Virus record (IMG/VR): IMGVR_UViG_3300040786_000061
Direction: 5' to 3' (one strand)
DNA: 64,000 bases
From: a virus
Shown here one piece after another: positions 11,543-24,338 of this stretch. The position numbers and the translations under genes were made by a program. Each line of letters starts with the position of its first letter. Positions within the stretch are counted from its first letter, which is position 1. Under the pieces are notes generated by a model, which searched no databases, had not been told where the DNA came from, and saw nothing but the letters and a program-made list of their open reading frames with translations.

Positions 11543-13005
11543 TTAATATTCAAATCTTTCATCACCATCTAATATATCATCAAAATCTTCACGATTATCC
11601 ATATTGGATATAAGTTCGCTAACTAATATATCAGAATCTATGTGATTATCTAATATATATTTTAATATATCGATAATCTCTTCGGTTGATTTACTTTCTA
11701 GTTCTCTATCAATTCTTGATAAGTTCATTACCTCAGATGCGCCTTTATCATGATATGAATATTCACCAAATCTTTTAATTGCATTATTTAGTTCAGATAT
11801 AATATCTTCTCCAATTTTATTTGACTTTGATACATTTTCATATAACTTCTTAAAATTCTCAGACTCGAGGTCTTTTTATTTCTAATCTAATTCTCGACCT
11901 TTTATACCCTTATCCATAAGCACTTTAGAAGACACAGATGGTCTGTAATCAACAAATTTAGTTATCATGGGTTCGTCTATCGAATTAACTTTTAACCACT
12001 CTATTATAGTAGAATCACTTATACCACATTGTATTTTACTTTTGTGTATATCAAAAACTTCTTCTACATTAAAGGTTAATAGTTTCAATAAAATACTACT
12101 TTTTTAGCAGTATCAGATTCAATCTTATATGACTGAACTAATTTATCTTCTAATCTATCAGTTGATTCATTTTTAAATAAATTTGCAATAACAACTACAA
12201 AATCTTTAGAATCTACAAAATTAGTGTTTATTTTAGAACCTGGGAATATCTGATCCCACATTTTGTATTTAGTAAAAAAACCTAAATATCTATTAAAATC
12301 TTTGCTTGTTCCCAACTTTTGTTTATCTCATCCCAGATTCTTTCAGTAGAAACATCTTCTTCTAAACTTATACCGATTAGTCTATTATCATCTTTTATTG
12401 CATTTGAGTTGTGAGATCTATTTCACCACCTGTTCTTGCTGCAAATCGAAACACCTCATTATACGAAGTCTATCTTCAGCAAACCTTTCACTTGGTATAC
12501 CAACTGCACGTATGATGTTATTTTTAATATCATCAACACCACCAACTAAATCTATAATCTCTTTGTTACAATATTGTAGAATAATGCATTAACGGTTAAA
12601 TCTCTTCTTTAACATCATCTTCGATGGTAATATGCTTACCCATTTCAACTTTTGTTCATCACCTTTGGTATCTCTACCTTTAGAAATATCTTTTCTATAT
12701 GATGCAATTTCATGTCCAGCAGGCTCATCTTTGTGAAGACTCTTAACACACCAAAGTTTTACCTTGCTCATCAGAGACATTAAATCCTTTTAATATTTCT
12801 TTAGACTCATTTGGTAAAGCATTTGTAACTAAATCATAATCATGTGGAGTTTTCCCTGCAAAGTCACGTATAGCACCTCCTACGACAAAATATCATATCC
12901 AGATTTTCTGTATGCGTTTGCAATTTCTAAAATATCATTAGGGAATTGGAATATCTACTGATATCTTATTCTCTAATATAAACTCTTTGTATTTTTTAAT
13001 TTCAT
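11543..13005 (-). CDS. cca: CCA-adding tRNA nucleotidyltransferase / poly(A) polymerase family, with N-terminal leader and C-terminal extension
   Basis: 'VVGGAIRD', '[10 protein letters not shown]', 'EIASYRKD', '[13 protein letters not shown]', 'DLVGGVDD', '[17 protein letters not shown]', 'VSTERIWDE'; reads through KKLYENVSK... in frame into ORF 11543-11728. Confidence 0.88.
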
Positions 13006-13019
13006 GTTACAAATATAGT

Positions 13020-13778
13020 CTTTTATATTGATTTATATAACTTATTCACACTTGATGTTTTATAAAGTTACCAATATCTCCAATTTCTATATCATCACCA
13101 TATTTAAGCCAAGGAAAGTCAAGAGAATTTAAATTTTCTATAAATAAATCTTTATTTTTATATCTGAATATGCCATAGATAATCAATTGGTACATCTGAA
13201 AATAATTTAACTAAAAGTTTTTTTAAGTTAACTCCAGACTCTCTACCAATAAATCCAAAATCATATATTATAATCGAAATCATTATATGTATCTATCTCA
13301 GTAAAGTATAAAACCCTTCTTCATTTACTTTATATCTATATAGATATTTTCACCTGCAAATTCATATTATCCTATAGGTGCTATCTAGGTAGTCTGTATC
13401 CATTGACTTATTTAGGTATTCTATAGTTGCTTCTCTACATTCAGCATCAACAGGTATAAAGAAGTTTCTATTCTTAGTACACCATCACCATGATTTTCAA
13501 GTTCTCCTATATTATCCATAAACCAGTAATCGTCAATAAATAGTTTAAGATGATAATTTTCTCGTAAATCTGAGTTACCTGCTAGGAAAGTACCATACTT
13601 GGCATATAAATTTATATCACTTTCCATTTTTCTTATATTATTATCTTCTCTAACTTTGTTACTATATTCGCCTAATTTACGTGATCTATTAAGATGTCCA
13701 ATTTCCGCTAATTTATTAGAGGCACTTTTATAAGTAGATGGATATAATTCTTCGTTGAACTTTTTTTAAATGTTTCAT
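13020..13778 (-). CDS. leader-tagged family C protein
   Basis: MKHLKKFNEELYPSTYKSASNKLAEIGHLNRS... Confidence 0.6.
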
Positions 13779-13779
13779 T

Positions 13780-14502
13780 TTAGTTTTGATATAATTTATT
13801 TAGAGAAATGCTATTTATAAATTTAGCAACATCATCTAATGAGAAGCCAAAGTCTGATGATATTTCAGTTTCTATTATTGAGTTATTTATACTTTCATAT
13901 AATGATCCATATAAATCGGTATGATCGGGATATTCTTTACTAGTAAACAAACTTATTAAAAGTTTTTTGAAATTATAGGCAGTTCTTCTATCCACTATTT
14001 CCACTAAATCATCAGAATTATAAATATTTACATCTTTAATATAACTAGCGTATTTATTTGTACCAATATTTATTTTTATTTCCCATGCATTTTCTAAATA
14101 ATCACTCTCATAAATATTTTTGTTTTATCATAGTTTAACAAGGTTTCATCAGTCTTTATAAGAAACACATTTAAATTCATATTAAAGTTACTATTCTCTG
14201 TTATATTAGTATTTAGAATTTATCTCTATCAAAGATTATCATAATATGATAATCTTCTTATTTCGACCCTTTTTATTCTGAATTTGAACTTTCCGAAACG
14301 AGTATTTATCTATCAAAGATTGCCATTTTTTAAATTCTTTATCTTTCCTTGTTTCTTCGTCCTTTGCAATTTCTATTTCACGAACCTCAGCACCTTTTCA
14401 TCAAATCGTTATACCTCTTAGGATGTCTAGTACTACCTAAACCATCTGCTGCACTATAATAAGTATCGACTTCAGTTCATTAAATTTTCTAATATGTTTC
14501 AT
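13780..14502 (-). CDS. leader-tagged family C protein (tandem paralog)
   Basis: MKHIRKFNELKSDTYYSAADGL..TRHPKR...; shares the TY.SA...L...H..R block with the downstream gene. Confidence 0.6.
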
Positions 14503-14530
14503 AAATCTATATAAAAATAATATATAGATT

Positions 14531-15390
14531 ATGAAAATATATAACAATATTCAGAGTCTTGACTTTTATAAATACTAAAATATTAATACTATCTATCTTA
14601 CTAATATTATTATCTATTTGCGGATACAAGTCAATAACATCATCATTAGATAGAAATAGTTACTTGGTAGAACAAGTGGTTATAAATGATGTAAAGCAGT
14701 TAAAATAGCATCAATTAATTATCAAATAACTAAGAAAAATAATGAGATTCTATCAAACTGCTTGAATAGAGAAGAAAAGTATAATACACTTATAAAGAAA
14801 CATGTCTGTTATTATAAAACTAAAGAATGAACTTAAAATAGATAGTTTAAGTTCCAATAGAATTGATTCTTTTTGCAGAGAAATCTATTGTTTTTTAAAA
14901 AAATTGCAAATTCGATGTTCATAGGGTCGATGTGACTGAAGTATTAAAGTCAGATACAATAAGAGTTGTTACAAAGAGTACCACACAAGGACTTTTAGAA
15001 CTAAAGTAGAGTATAATACAATTACACGAAATTATTCTACTTTAAATAAAAAATTATTTAAAGATGTTTCTAATAAGACAAATTTAAAAAACTCATTAGA
15101 ACTAAATAGGTTAATAAAAGAAAATAATGAGTTAAACCTAAATATCTATTTAATAACAAATAAATATTCAATTGATATGTTTAATAAAAAATTTATTTGA
15201 ATACAGGAATATAACAAGTAAGATACACGATAATCTAATTAATTATCTTATAGTAACAACAATAATAATGTTAGCATCCGGACTAGTTATATACCTATTA
15301 CTATCAGATATATTAAAAAGAAAAAGTCAGAATCAAGATATCGTCAAATGATTTCAATGATGATTGAAAATAATGATAAAAAATATGAAA
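14531..15390 (+). CDS. membrane-anchored coiled-coil protein(s), one or two genes
   Basis: N-terminal hydrophobic stretch ILKILILSILLILLSICG, a coiled-coil middle and a C-terminal TM-like IIMLASGLVIYLLL; heavily frameshifted. Confidence 0.4.
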
Positions 15391-15637
15391 CACATTAAAC
15401 TATTTGAAGATTTTAGAAACAATAATGCAGATGGATCTCAATCACATCGGATGATATAAAAATTGTATCAAAGCAGGAGGTGTATTATACGCAACTATTA
15501 TTAAAGACTTTGCTGATAATGACCCCGAAGAACCATTGACACCGGTTAGTATAGACGAAGACGGTTTAGTAACGGTTCAATATGATAACAAACAATATGA
15601 GGTTAGCTTGAAGAATATAGAATCAATTGAATATTAA
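15385..15637 (+). CDS. small leader-tagged protein (MKHIKLFEDF)
   Basis: Hand translation ...DPEEPLTPVSIDEDGLVTVQYDNKQYEVSLKNIESIEY*. Confidence 0.6.
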
Positions 15638-15653
15638 AAAAAAAGATAATAAT

Positions 15654-16240
15654 ATGATTATAAATAGATTTAACGAAGCAAATGAGTATACATTATTAGA
15701 AAGAGTAAAAGATACTTTTACTAATTTAATAGATGAGCATAAAGGTTACTATTATAAAAGCACTGGTAATACAATCAAGGTTAATATACCAGGAATTGTC
15801 GGAAATTATGACAGGAAAGGGAATAAAAGAACAAACCCTAAGTATACTTTTGACGACCTTTATTTTACAAATACTTGGAATGAAATTTTATTAAGTTATT
15901 ATTAAATATTTAAGCACTCTCGAAATAATGCATAAGTTAGAATATTCTATTGATTATAGACATATTAAAATATTATTCTTTATAAATACTGAAATTTCTA
16001 ATATTGCAAATGAAGGTTAATCCCAAAAGTATTATTATATCTAAGAGTAGTTTACTGAGAGAGTGTAATCTTACAACAGAAGATATAGATTCTACTGACA
16101 TAGATAGCGATAGATACGGTAATATATCAATGATATTTAAATATGAGATAACAGAAGAACAGTTACGTAAGATAGAAGAAGTGTTTTTAAAATACGGAAT
16201 TACCACACATACAGAAAATATCCATCATTTCCTTCATTAA
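15654..16240 (+). CDS. leader-tagged hypothetical protein (MIINRFNE)
   Basis: ORFs 15627-15905 and 16004-16240 probably joined. Confidence 0.5.
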
Positions 16241-16335
16241 GACAGTTACAGATAAATTTTAGCTCTAATTCCGTAAGAAGAACCATTCGTTTTATAGAAT
16301 AATAAAAATGAAATATAATGAAATATTTAATAACT

Positions 16336-16364
16336 AAAAAGTCTATTTAAAAATAGACTTTTTT
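16336..16364. terminator. bidirectional terminator between convergent genes
   Basis: AAAAAGTCTATTT-AA-AAATAGACTTTTT. Confidence 0.7.
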
Positions 16365-16871
16365 AAAATATTTCCATATTTTAAGAACTAAATTAACTTG
16401 TCTCATATTCTCAAAAGGATACATAAATCTACCAATTGGTTCTACCGTAGTAAACATTGTTCTAGTAAAGAATCCATCATCAAAGAACCTAGAAGAACAA
16501 GGTTCTAATATTTCTACACAATCTTCTTCTGATGTGATTAAACCACATAGCCAAAATTTCTTTTTTTTTCTAGTAAAATATAAGGATGTTGAAAGATAGG
16601 ATGCATCAATACATCACCTTTTTATATACCGTTGGTACATTCTTTTTGGAGTCAATTCAGGAACTCCTAACTCTTTAACACCAGGTTTTGACATATCAGA
16701 TAGAATTTTACTCAACTCTTCTCTTGATATACCTTTTTTTAACCATTGGTTGTAAGTATGCTCTTTCTTCTTTTGGTAAAGACGCACATAACTTTAAACC
16801 TCTTTCAGTTGTAAACTCTTTATCATCATTTACTGATTTTATAAGATTTTCTATTGCTGGATGTAATATCA

Positions 16872-17447
16872 TTATTTTAAAAATTTAATTAGTTTATCTT
16901 TTATACCAGACTCTTTATTCCTTCACTTTTCTTTTAGTATGTACAAAGTTACTTAGTCCTGTTATAACTTCACCATCTTTAATTTTCTCAATCATATCTA
17001 TATCATCAACTGCAACCCAATGTGTAACTTCGGGATTAAGTGTCAACCATTTTCTTATCTCAAATGACCTTTCTTCATCAAAACAACTATATTCTCCAAA
17101 CTTATCAAAATCATCAACTTGAAGTGTAGGTGTATAATCAATTGGTTCTTTAACAACACCATACTTTCTAAATAATTCTTTCATTTCATCTAACGTACAA
17201 CTGAATCTCCAATCAGATGATACAACAATTTCTACATCAGTTTCAATTAGTATTTGATTCAATACTTTTAATGCTTTTTTTATTAAAATTATCAAAACGG
17301 TATTCAACATTCATTTTATCAAAGTCATTAGTAATTAGAACTTGATTATCAGGGTTTAGTTTATTCCAAACTTTTGTTTATTGAAACGACCCCACTCAGA
17401 GTCTAAACACATCACGCCATCAAAATCTAAAAACAATACCTTTTCAT
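16872..17447 (-). CDS. HAD-family phosphatase (HAD_SAK_2-like), copy 2
   Basis: MKKVLFLDFDGV, 'IVVSSDWR', 'RSFEIRKWL', 'WVAVDD'. Confidence 0.85.
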
Positions 17448-17504
17448 AAACACAAATATACAAAGAATAAGTAACAAAATCAAATATTAATGAAATATCT
17501 ATAT

Positions 17505-17532
17505 AAAAAAACCCAGCCAATTGGCTGGGTTT
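17505..17532. terminator. intrinsic terminator
   Basis: AAACCCAGCCAATTGGCTGGGTTT GC-rich hairpin downstream of the VWA gene. Confidence 0.8.
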
Positions 17533-17606
17533 AAGTAAAGCGACTTTTACAAAAGTTAATAATAAATTTTCTAGAATATTTATTAAATCGTTAGCCTTTA
17601 CTTTTA

Positions 17607-19039
17607 TTATTCATTCGATTCAAGAACGATTTGTTTTACTTTTCCGTTTGTGCGTTTGATTGGACACTTAACACCAACTGATATAATCAACAACTTACCT
17701 TTTAGTTTAGAACAATCTAAATTGTCTGTATAACCATCAGTTAAGAAAACAGAGTTACAATTGTTGTGGTGCTCTACAATGTAATCAATCATTGTGCAAG
17801 TTCCACCAAGACCTTTAATGGGAATACTTTCAAGTTTTCTTGCACTCTTAATCTTTTGAACCCAATTCACTTGTGTATCAGATTCCATAAAGTTAATCTC
17901 AATATCATTACGATATACATAAGATAGAACTCTTTCAAATGTACCTTGACCACCCATAGAACCAGAAGTATCAAGTCCAACATTAATCATAGTCTTAACT
18001 TTACGATTACCTTTAAGACCAGAGATTTGTCGTCTATTTGGCTTAACAATCGTTTTTGCTTAGTTGTTCCAAAAAATCATATTAGAGACTGCTCTTTTAA
18101 TCTCTTTAAGATAATCTTTACGTTTTTACGTAGTTTATTAAGAGTAGTTTCTATACTACCAGCAGAAAGTCCTCTTGCAGAAAGTCTATCCATAACGTCT
18201 CTAACCATCGCTTCTCTCATTTCATCAGGAACAGAATCACCGATGTGCTTATCAAGATACTCACCAGTACCATTCTCTAAATCATCTAAAATTTGTTCAG
18301 TCGACCAAGTATCTATAGTTCCCTCACCTTTTGGACTTTTACCATAAGGACCATAAGATGGTTTTCCTGACGAGTCTTTACCTGGTTCGTTACCACTTCC
18401 CTCACAAGAGTCACAAGGCTCACCTTCGCCTTGACCTTCGCCTTGACCTTCGCCTTGACCCTTCGCCTTTTCTTCACTTTTCCTTTACCTTCGCCTTTTC
18501 TTCTTCTTTCTTACCAGAACCACCACAAGACTTACATTTTGATTTCTCTTTTGTCTTTTTTATGCTCTTCTTTTTCTCGTTCATCCACTCATACAACTCT
18601 TCAAAGATAAGTTTACCTGTATATTCTTTAGGTACAAAAGTGCCATATTTTTACCATCTTTCGATTTAGGTATCTCAATAAAAGTATGTGAAATATCTTC
18701 CCATATAACATGGTTGATAATCATATCTTGTACGATGTTAGAAAGTTTGTGGTCATATTGACCTGTAACTGTTCTTTGTGGGTGATTAAAAGTAAGTGAA
18801 AATCCTCATGTAAAATGATGAAGTTTACTTCTTTTTGTGATAAGTCTTCTAAAACTTAGGAGAGTAGAAAAGTTCATACCTTTGGAGTAACGTTTACTGC
18901 ACAAGTTCCGATTGATTCTGATTCGACAAAACTAATATGTAGATTAAATTCTCCATAATAAGGCATATTAACTTTCGTATCAATGAGCATTGCTTGAATA
19001 CCATCAGTAATTTTCGTGTAAATCTTTTTTAACTATCAT
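17607..19039 (-). CDS. DUF2201-type metallopeptidase (HExxH) plus VWA-like domain protein, typical MoxR partner
   Basis: N-terminal 'ILHEDFHLLFNHP', 'NIVQDMIIN'; C-terminal MIDAS 'LDTSGSM', 'GLGGT', 'FLTDGY'. Confidence 0.85.
18423..18470 (-). repeat. 12-bp tandem repeat encoding a GEGQ low-complexity linker
   Basis: (CCTTCGCCTTGA)x3 and variants inside the DUF2201 gene. Confidence 0.8.
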
Positions 19040-19158
19040 ATATTATTTATTAGTTTCGTTATTTATTTTACAAAGATATGTATAAAAGTTTAATATAAAA
19101 ATAAATATTAAATTATCTCAATATACTATAATAGGGAGTTTGTTCTTTAATATATATT

Positions 19159-20818
19159 ATGATAATAGATAAAAAAATAGAAGTAAAGATAGATAGAAGA
19201 AATATAGAACATTATTCTTTATTTTATAAAGGTATTAAATTAAAGGATATAATTGAGATTAATACTGAATTACATTTACAAAAGGAAGCAACATTAAAAT
19301 AAATGTTAGTTGTGATATTTGCAATATAGAAAGATATATAAAATATCAAGCATATACAAAAAATATAAATTCTTGTAAAGATTATCCTATCTACACTTGT
19401 GATAAATGTTCACATATTAAATTAAAAACTATAATATTAAGAAATACGGGTAGAGTATTATTCACAACATCAGATAGAAATGATAAAGTAAAGAAAACAT
19501 GTTTAAATAAATATGGGGTCGAACATTTCTCTAAATCTGAATTATTTAATGAAAAGTACATAAAACAAATTTAGAGAAATTCGGTTATATAAATCCGTTT
19601 ATGGACACTGAACGAATTAAAGGAATTTTAAAAGAAAATATGGAGTAGAACACCCGGCTCAATTTGAGAAATTTAATAATAAGATAAAGGAAACCAATTT
19701 AGAAAGATATGGATATAAATGTGTACTATCATCACCAATAATAAGAGAGGAAATTAAAAGACAAACATTATTAGATATGGTTATACATCATCTATGAAAT
19801 CGAATCTTATTAGAATTAAAACAAAAATAGGATCAGATGAAAACTATCTATTATATTTAGACAATTATATATCATCATTTAACTGTGATAAAGGACACAT
19901 CTTTAATATTTCTTCAAGTGAGTATCATAACAGAATAAGATCAAGTATACCTCTTTGTACTATATGTTATCCTATTGCTGAAAATCGTTCTATAAAAGAA
20001 AGGAATTATTAGAATTTATTAAATCTATATACCGGTGAGATAGTTTCATCATATAGGATTCATTGGAAATTGATATTTACTTACCTGAGTTGAAATTAGA
20101 TTCGAATTTAATGGATTATACTGGCATTCTAATAAATTTAAAGAAAAGAACTACCATTTAAATAAAACTGATTGGTTTAAAGAAAAGGTATACGCATCAT
20201 ACACATATGGGAAGATGATTGGATATTAAGAAGAGAAATAGTAGAGTCTCAAATTAAAAATTCGATTGGTTTAAATACGAATAGAATTTTGCTAGAAAAT
20301 ATTAAAGAAGTTGACGTTAAAATTGCACGGAAATTTTTAAATGAAACCACATACAAGGATTTGTTAATTCTTCTAACAAGTTAGGACTTTATTACAATGA
20401 AGATTTAGTTTCTATTATGACATTTGATAATAATGAGGGTAGGAAAAGATGGAGCTATTTGGTTATAATTTAAATAGATTTTGTAACAAAAAAAGGAATT
20501 AATGTTATCGGGGTGCATCTAAATTACTTTCACATTTTATTAAAAATTTTAATGCTACTAGAATAGTAAGTTATGCAGATAAAGATTGGTCTATAGGAGA
20601 TTTGTACTACAAATTGGGGTTTATAAATGTTGGCGGAAATGGACCAGATTATAAATATATTGTTGATAATAAAAGAGTTCATAAGTCAAGATATAAAAAT
20701 CAAAACTAAATACAACATTAACCGAAAGTAAACAAATGGAAAAGATGGATTTCTTAAAATACATGATTGTGGTAAATTAAAATTTGAATTAAAAATAATA
20801 AAAAAGTCATACAATTAA
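19159..20818 (+). mobile_element. Hef-like free-standing homing endonuclease gene (KYGVE repeats, Vsr/DUF559-like nuclease, C-terminal domain)
   Basis: KYGVE/ERYGY repeats, 'CDKGH...CTICYP', 'EIDIYLPELK..FEFNGLYWHS', 'IHIWEDDW', 'FLNENHIQG', 'GASKLL', 'SYAD', 'IHDCG'; lies opposite to the flanking genes. Confidence 0.8.
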
Positions 20819-20829
20819 GTATGACTTTT
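20801..20829. terminator. bidirectional terminator
   Basis: AAAAGTCATAC-AATTAA-GTATGACTTTT between convergent genes. Confidence 0.75.
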
Positions 20830-20843
20830 ATATATTATATAAA

Positions 20844-22696
20844 TTATTTCATTATTTCATCAATTTTCAAATCTCTTATCACATCATCAGGTAATTTACC
20901 ATCTTCCATTTGAATTACTGTTGTTCCTTCTGGTAAAATTAATGATACCTCAACAGAATCTTCAAATTGGTGAGCAATATAATCGCTTAAATCAAAATCA
21001 GTACTAAAATCACCATCCTCTGTCTTTACAAAAACACCAATTGTCCCTTTGAAATTAGATAAGAATAGACAGTCAATAGCATTAAAAGTATCCTCCCATT
21101 ATCAGTTTGACTTGCTAACCAACTCTTATATTCATCAAGTTCCATAATAGTCAAAACCATCAGATTCGGCATTTAATTTTTTGAATTTTATTACCAATAT
21201 AAACATCATATGCGGTATAATCATCCGTTATTTGTAAATCACAATCATCATCTACCATAGTACCAACAATAACTAAGTTAGTTTCTTTGTCAAAAGTTTT
21301 TAAATCTTTACATCCATTATAATCTCTATCAAACTCCTGAACTGCACTCTCTTCTTCATATTCAGGTGTTCTATATTCTGGTCCAGATAAGTCAACAACA
21401 TTTGAATTTCCTTGTGATAAATGAATATCAAGACTCTCTTTAAGGTTGTTCATTTCACCAGACAAATCTTTTCTCGAATATAAGAATTTGACCTGACTCT
21501 CTATCAAATTGAGGATCTTGTTCAAATCCTTTTCTCAAAACTTTCCAACAAGTTGGTGCCAAGTTAAATCACCTCTATATTCAAATATGTTTTCTTTTGA
21601 AGAGTTTGTATTCATTGTAAATTTACCAAGAACATCAATACTTAATATTTTTTCTGAGATTTCATCACTAAGTGTGAAATCTTTTAAATCATCTTTTAGC
21701 AACTTTAATTTTATAGAATGAACTTGTTAGATGTTCAAAGAGAACATCTTTTAAGACCCATTAAATCTGCAATTTTATCAGCAATTGATTTTGTTGAATC
21801 ATCAATACCTGTTTCTACTTTTGTTCTTCTGATACAAAAAATACATAACCATTAGGCTCATCAATAGGAGATAATGATTCGAGTCTTGATTGTAAAATAC
21901 TAAGTTTAGAATTAACTTCACTCACTCTTGCCTCAGTTTGTTTAATCTCATTATTATACTTTCTAATATCTTTTCAGAATCTTCAATACGTGATTTTAAC
22001 TCAACAATCTTATCTTCGTTCATTTTCTTAAAAACTTCTTCTAAGTGTGTTTTAGTTGTTGTTTCTTTATCATCTACGGTTGTGATACTTCTTTCTTGTT
22101 CATCTTCAACTTCTAAGTCACTAACTTCTGACTCTTCATCTAATGAATCTCCAAACAAACTATCAAGAAAATCCATTCCTTTATCAGAAAGTTTTCAGGT
22201 TCTGCGAATAAAGATCTAAATTTATCAATTGGTTTTAAATTATCTACTTCAAGATAACATCTAAGTCCATCAATATCATTAAATTCAAGATTTGCGACAA
22301 TAAACTTTGTGTATAACCAGTAACATCATTTGAGTCGATGTCGTCAATTAGTCTTTGTCTCATTGCTTTGTCTGATATATTCGTATCGACTTCTTCAAAG
22401 TCAATTGTTCCTTCATCACAAATTGTTATTTTAAATATAACTCCTTCTAACATACCTGATAGTTTATCACCTTTTAGAAAAGCAATATCTCTAATGAAAC
22501 GAACTCTCGCTCCATTAACACCAGATATAAAATTTAAAAATTTTCTTTTAGGTTTGAACTCACCAAGGTTTACTTTAACCTCTTCTACTAAATCTGAAAC
22601 TACCATACCTTCATCAGTAGCAGTTACTTTACCGATACCGAGATTTCTTGCCATTTCATTAATTGAATCCATCATTCCTTTACCTTCTTTACTCAT
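20844..22696 (-). CDS. large acidic/coiled-coil hypothetical protein with C-terminal RDLKIDEIM tail
   Basis: ORFs 22244-22696, 21922-22176 and 21160-21525 join across indels; ends DDVIRDLKIDEIMK*. Confidence 0.6.
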
Positions 22697-22739
22697 ACTA
22701 TTTATTTTTTACAAATATACTAAATTAAATTTATTCTAC

Positions 22740-23146
22740 CTACTTTTCAGTAATAATATCTATCTTCATATCTCTAACCACATCTTTACTTAATGGTTCT
22801 ATAAGAGATTACCATATTTATCGCAGATATTTTAGTGTCAATATATTTATAACCTGTTTCTTTAATTAATTTTTTTAATAACCTTATTATTTACTAATTT
22901 ATCATCTTGTAGATTATAAATTTCTTGAATATAATACTCATTTTCACAACGTAAATTATTGCTTACAGTAGAGTTATAATCATCTTCTTCCACATGTTTA
23001 TCCAAACATAATGTTAGCAATAAGTAAAGTTCTCGATCACTTAGTTTCATCATTTTATCAATTTGACTACTTACGTTGAAATTTTCATAAATCTCAACAA
23101 ATAAATCAGTGACTGCTATTTTTTTTTGTAAATTTTCTTCTTCCAT
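22740..23146 (-). CDS. hypothetical protein with C-terminal RDMKIDII tail
   Basis: MEEENLQKK... ends KDVVRDMKIDIITEK*. Confidence 0.6.
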
Positions 23147-23202
23147 AATTAATTTTATAAATTTAGTGATATATATTATATATGTGATAGTAAACAGTAA
23201 AT

Positions 23203-23491
23203 TATATACCTAATTTTTTGTAGTTTATATTCACGATAATCCTGTTTAGATACAGTACCTAACTCATATGCTCTTTGAAAGAATACTTCAAATATAAGTT
23301 CTTGGTTCATCTCTTTGCAACGTTAGCTCTGTTTATTGCCTTCCACTCGTCTTTATAAGACGAGCCTGAGTCTGCGACAATCTAACTATTTTATCCTCAT
23401 CACCTAAACTCTTAGTTATAATATCATTAACTCTTTTAAAGTTCTTTTGATACTCTGCCTTTGTTTGTCCGTTATATTGACCTTTATACAT
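23203..23491 (-). CDS. hypothetical protein with C-terminal REYKL tail
   Basis: MYKGQYNGQTKAEYQKN... DYREYKLQK(LGI*). Confidence 0.55.
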
Positions 23492-23539
23492 ATTATTTTA
23501 TCATTTAACATGACAAAGATAGTTTAAATTTTTATAAAA

Positions 23540-24338
23540 CTAAGATAAAATATTATTAATTCTATCATTTCTGCTATATGTTAAGTCCTTGTCCATTTTA
23601 TATAAAATGAATTATCATAACTAACAACCGATGATAAACTATCTGTTAGTATCTTACTTAGTTTATATTTTTATACTATAAATTTTATTATAATTATCAT
23701 ATATATAATCCAATATTATAAATTCAACACTATTATCCTCTTTCATACAAACAACATCACCTATTCTATGACTTAATAATACTATTATTGCCTTTTCATC
23801 AAAGCCATAAATCAATTTAAAGTATGCAATAGTATCATCTAAATATTTTTTATACAAGAAAACTGAAGATGCGTATCCAGATAAATTATACTCAAAACGA
23901 GTAAATTCTTTATCATATAATATATGATTGGTTGTTTTTTTGACTTTATTACATTCTCATTGAATATAAATTCCTTTAATACCTCTTCATCATAATATCT
24001 ATTACTAATAACTGATTCTGATATAAATTTAAATATATTATAAAATTCATCAATAAATTCACTTTGTATAGAAAATAAAGTAGATATCTCAATCTCAGGC
24101 TCTTTTATTTTATCTGTAGTATTTTTACTTGCATAATCTCTTGCATAATCTTTATATACAAATCATCAGGATAATAGTCGTTGTTAAAACTGTTTGATCT
24201 AGGTATATTATAAAACGCAAGTGCTGTATAAGGTGAATGATTCTCATAACAAGGTCTAACAAAAAACAAATACTTATTCGTATCATTTTCTAATAGTTTG
24301 TTAAGTTCGTTAATATCGGTATCAGTAAATCTATTCAT
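23540..24338 (-). CDS. hypothetical protein with C-terminal RNDRINNIL tail
   Basis: Fragments 24105-24338 and 23663-23857; ends YSRNDRINNILS*. Confidence 0.5.

Noticed and set aside
18423-18500. 12-bp tandem repeat as a contingency or phase-variation locus
   Set aside because: The unit length is a multiple of three and encodes the Gly/Glu-rich linker normal for DUF2201 proteins.
17946-18669. Plus-strand ORFs 17946-18347 and 18331-18669, and similar ones (22338-22793, 27583-27933, 42687-42989, 56442-56747)
   Set aside because: These are antisense shadows of well-supported genes on the opposite strand, with Ser/Leu/Phe-rich composition and no motifs.
22150-22180. MDFLDSLF as a T4-type sliding-clamp-binding motif (SLDFLF)
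   Set aside because: It is internal to a larger stitched ORF, occurs once and matches only loosely; insufficient evidence.
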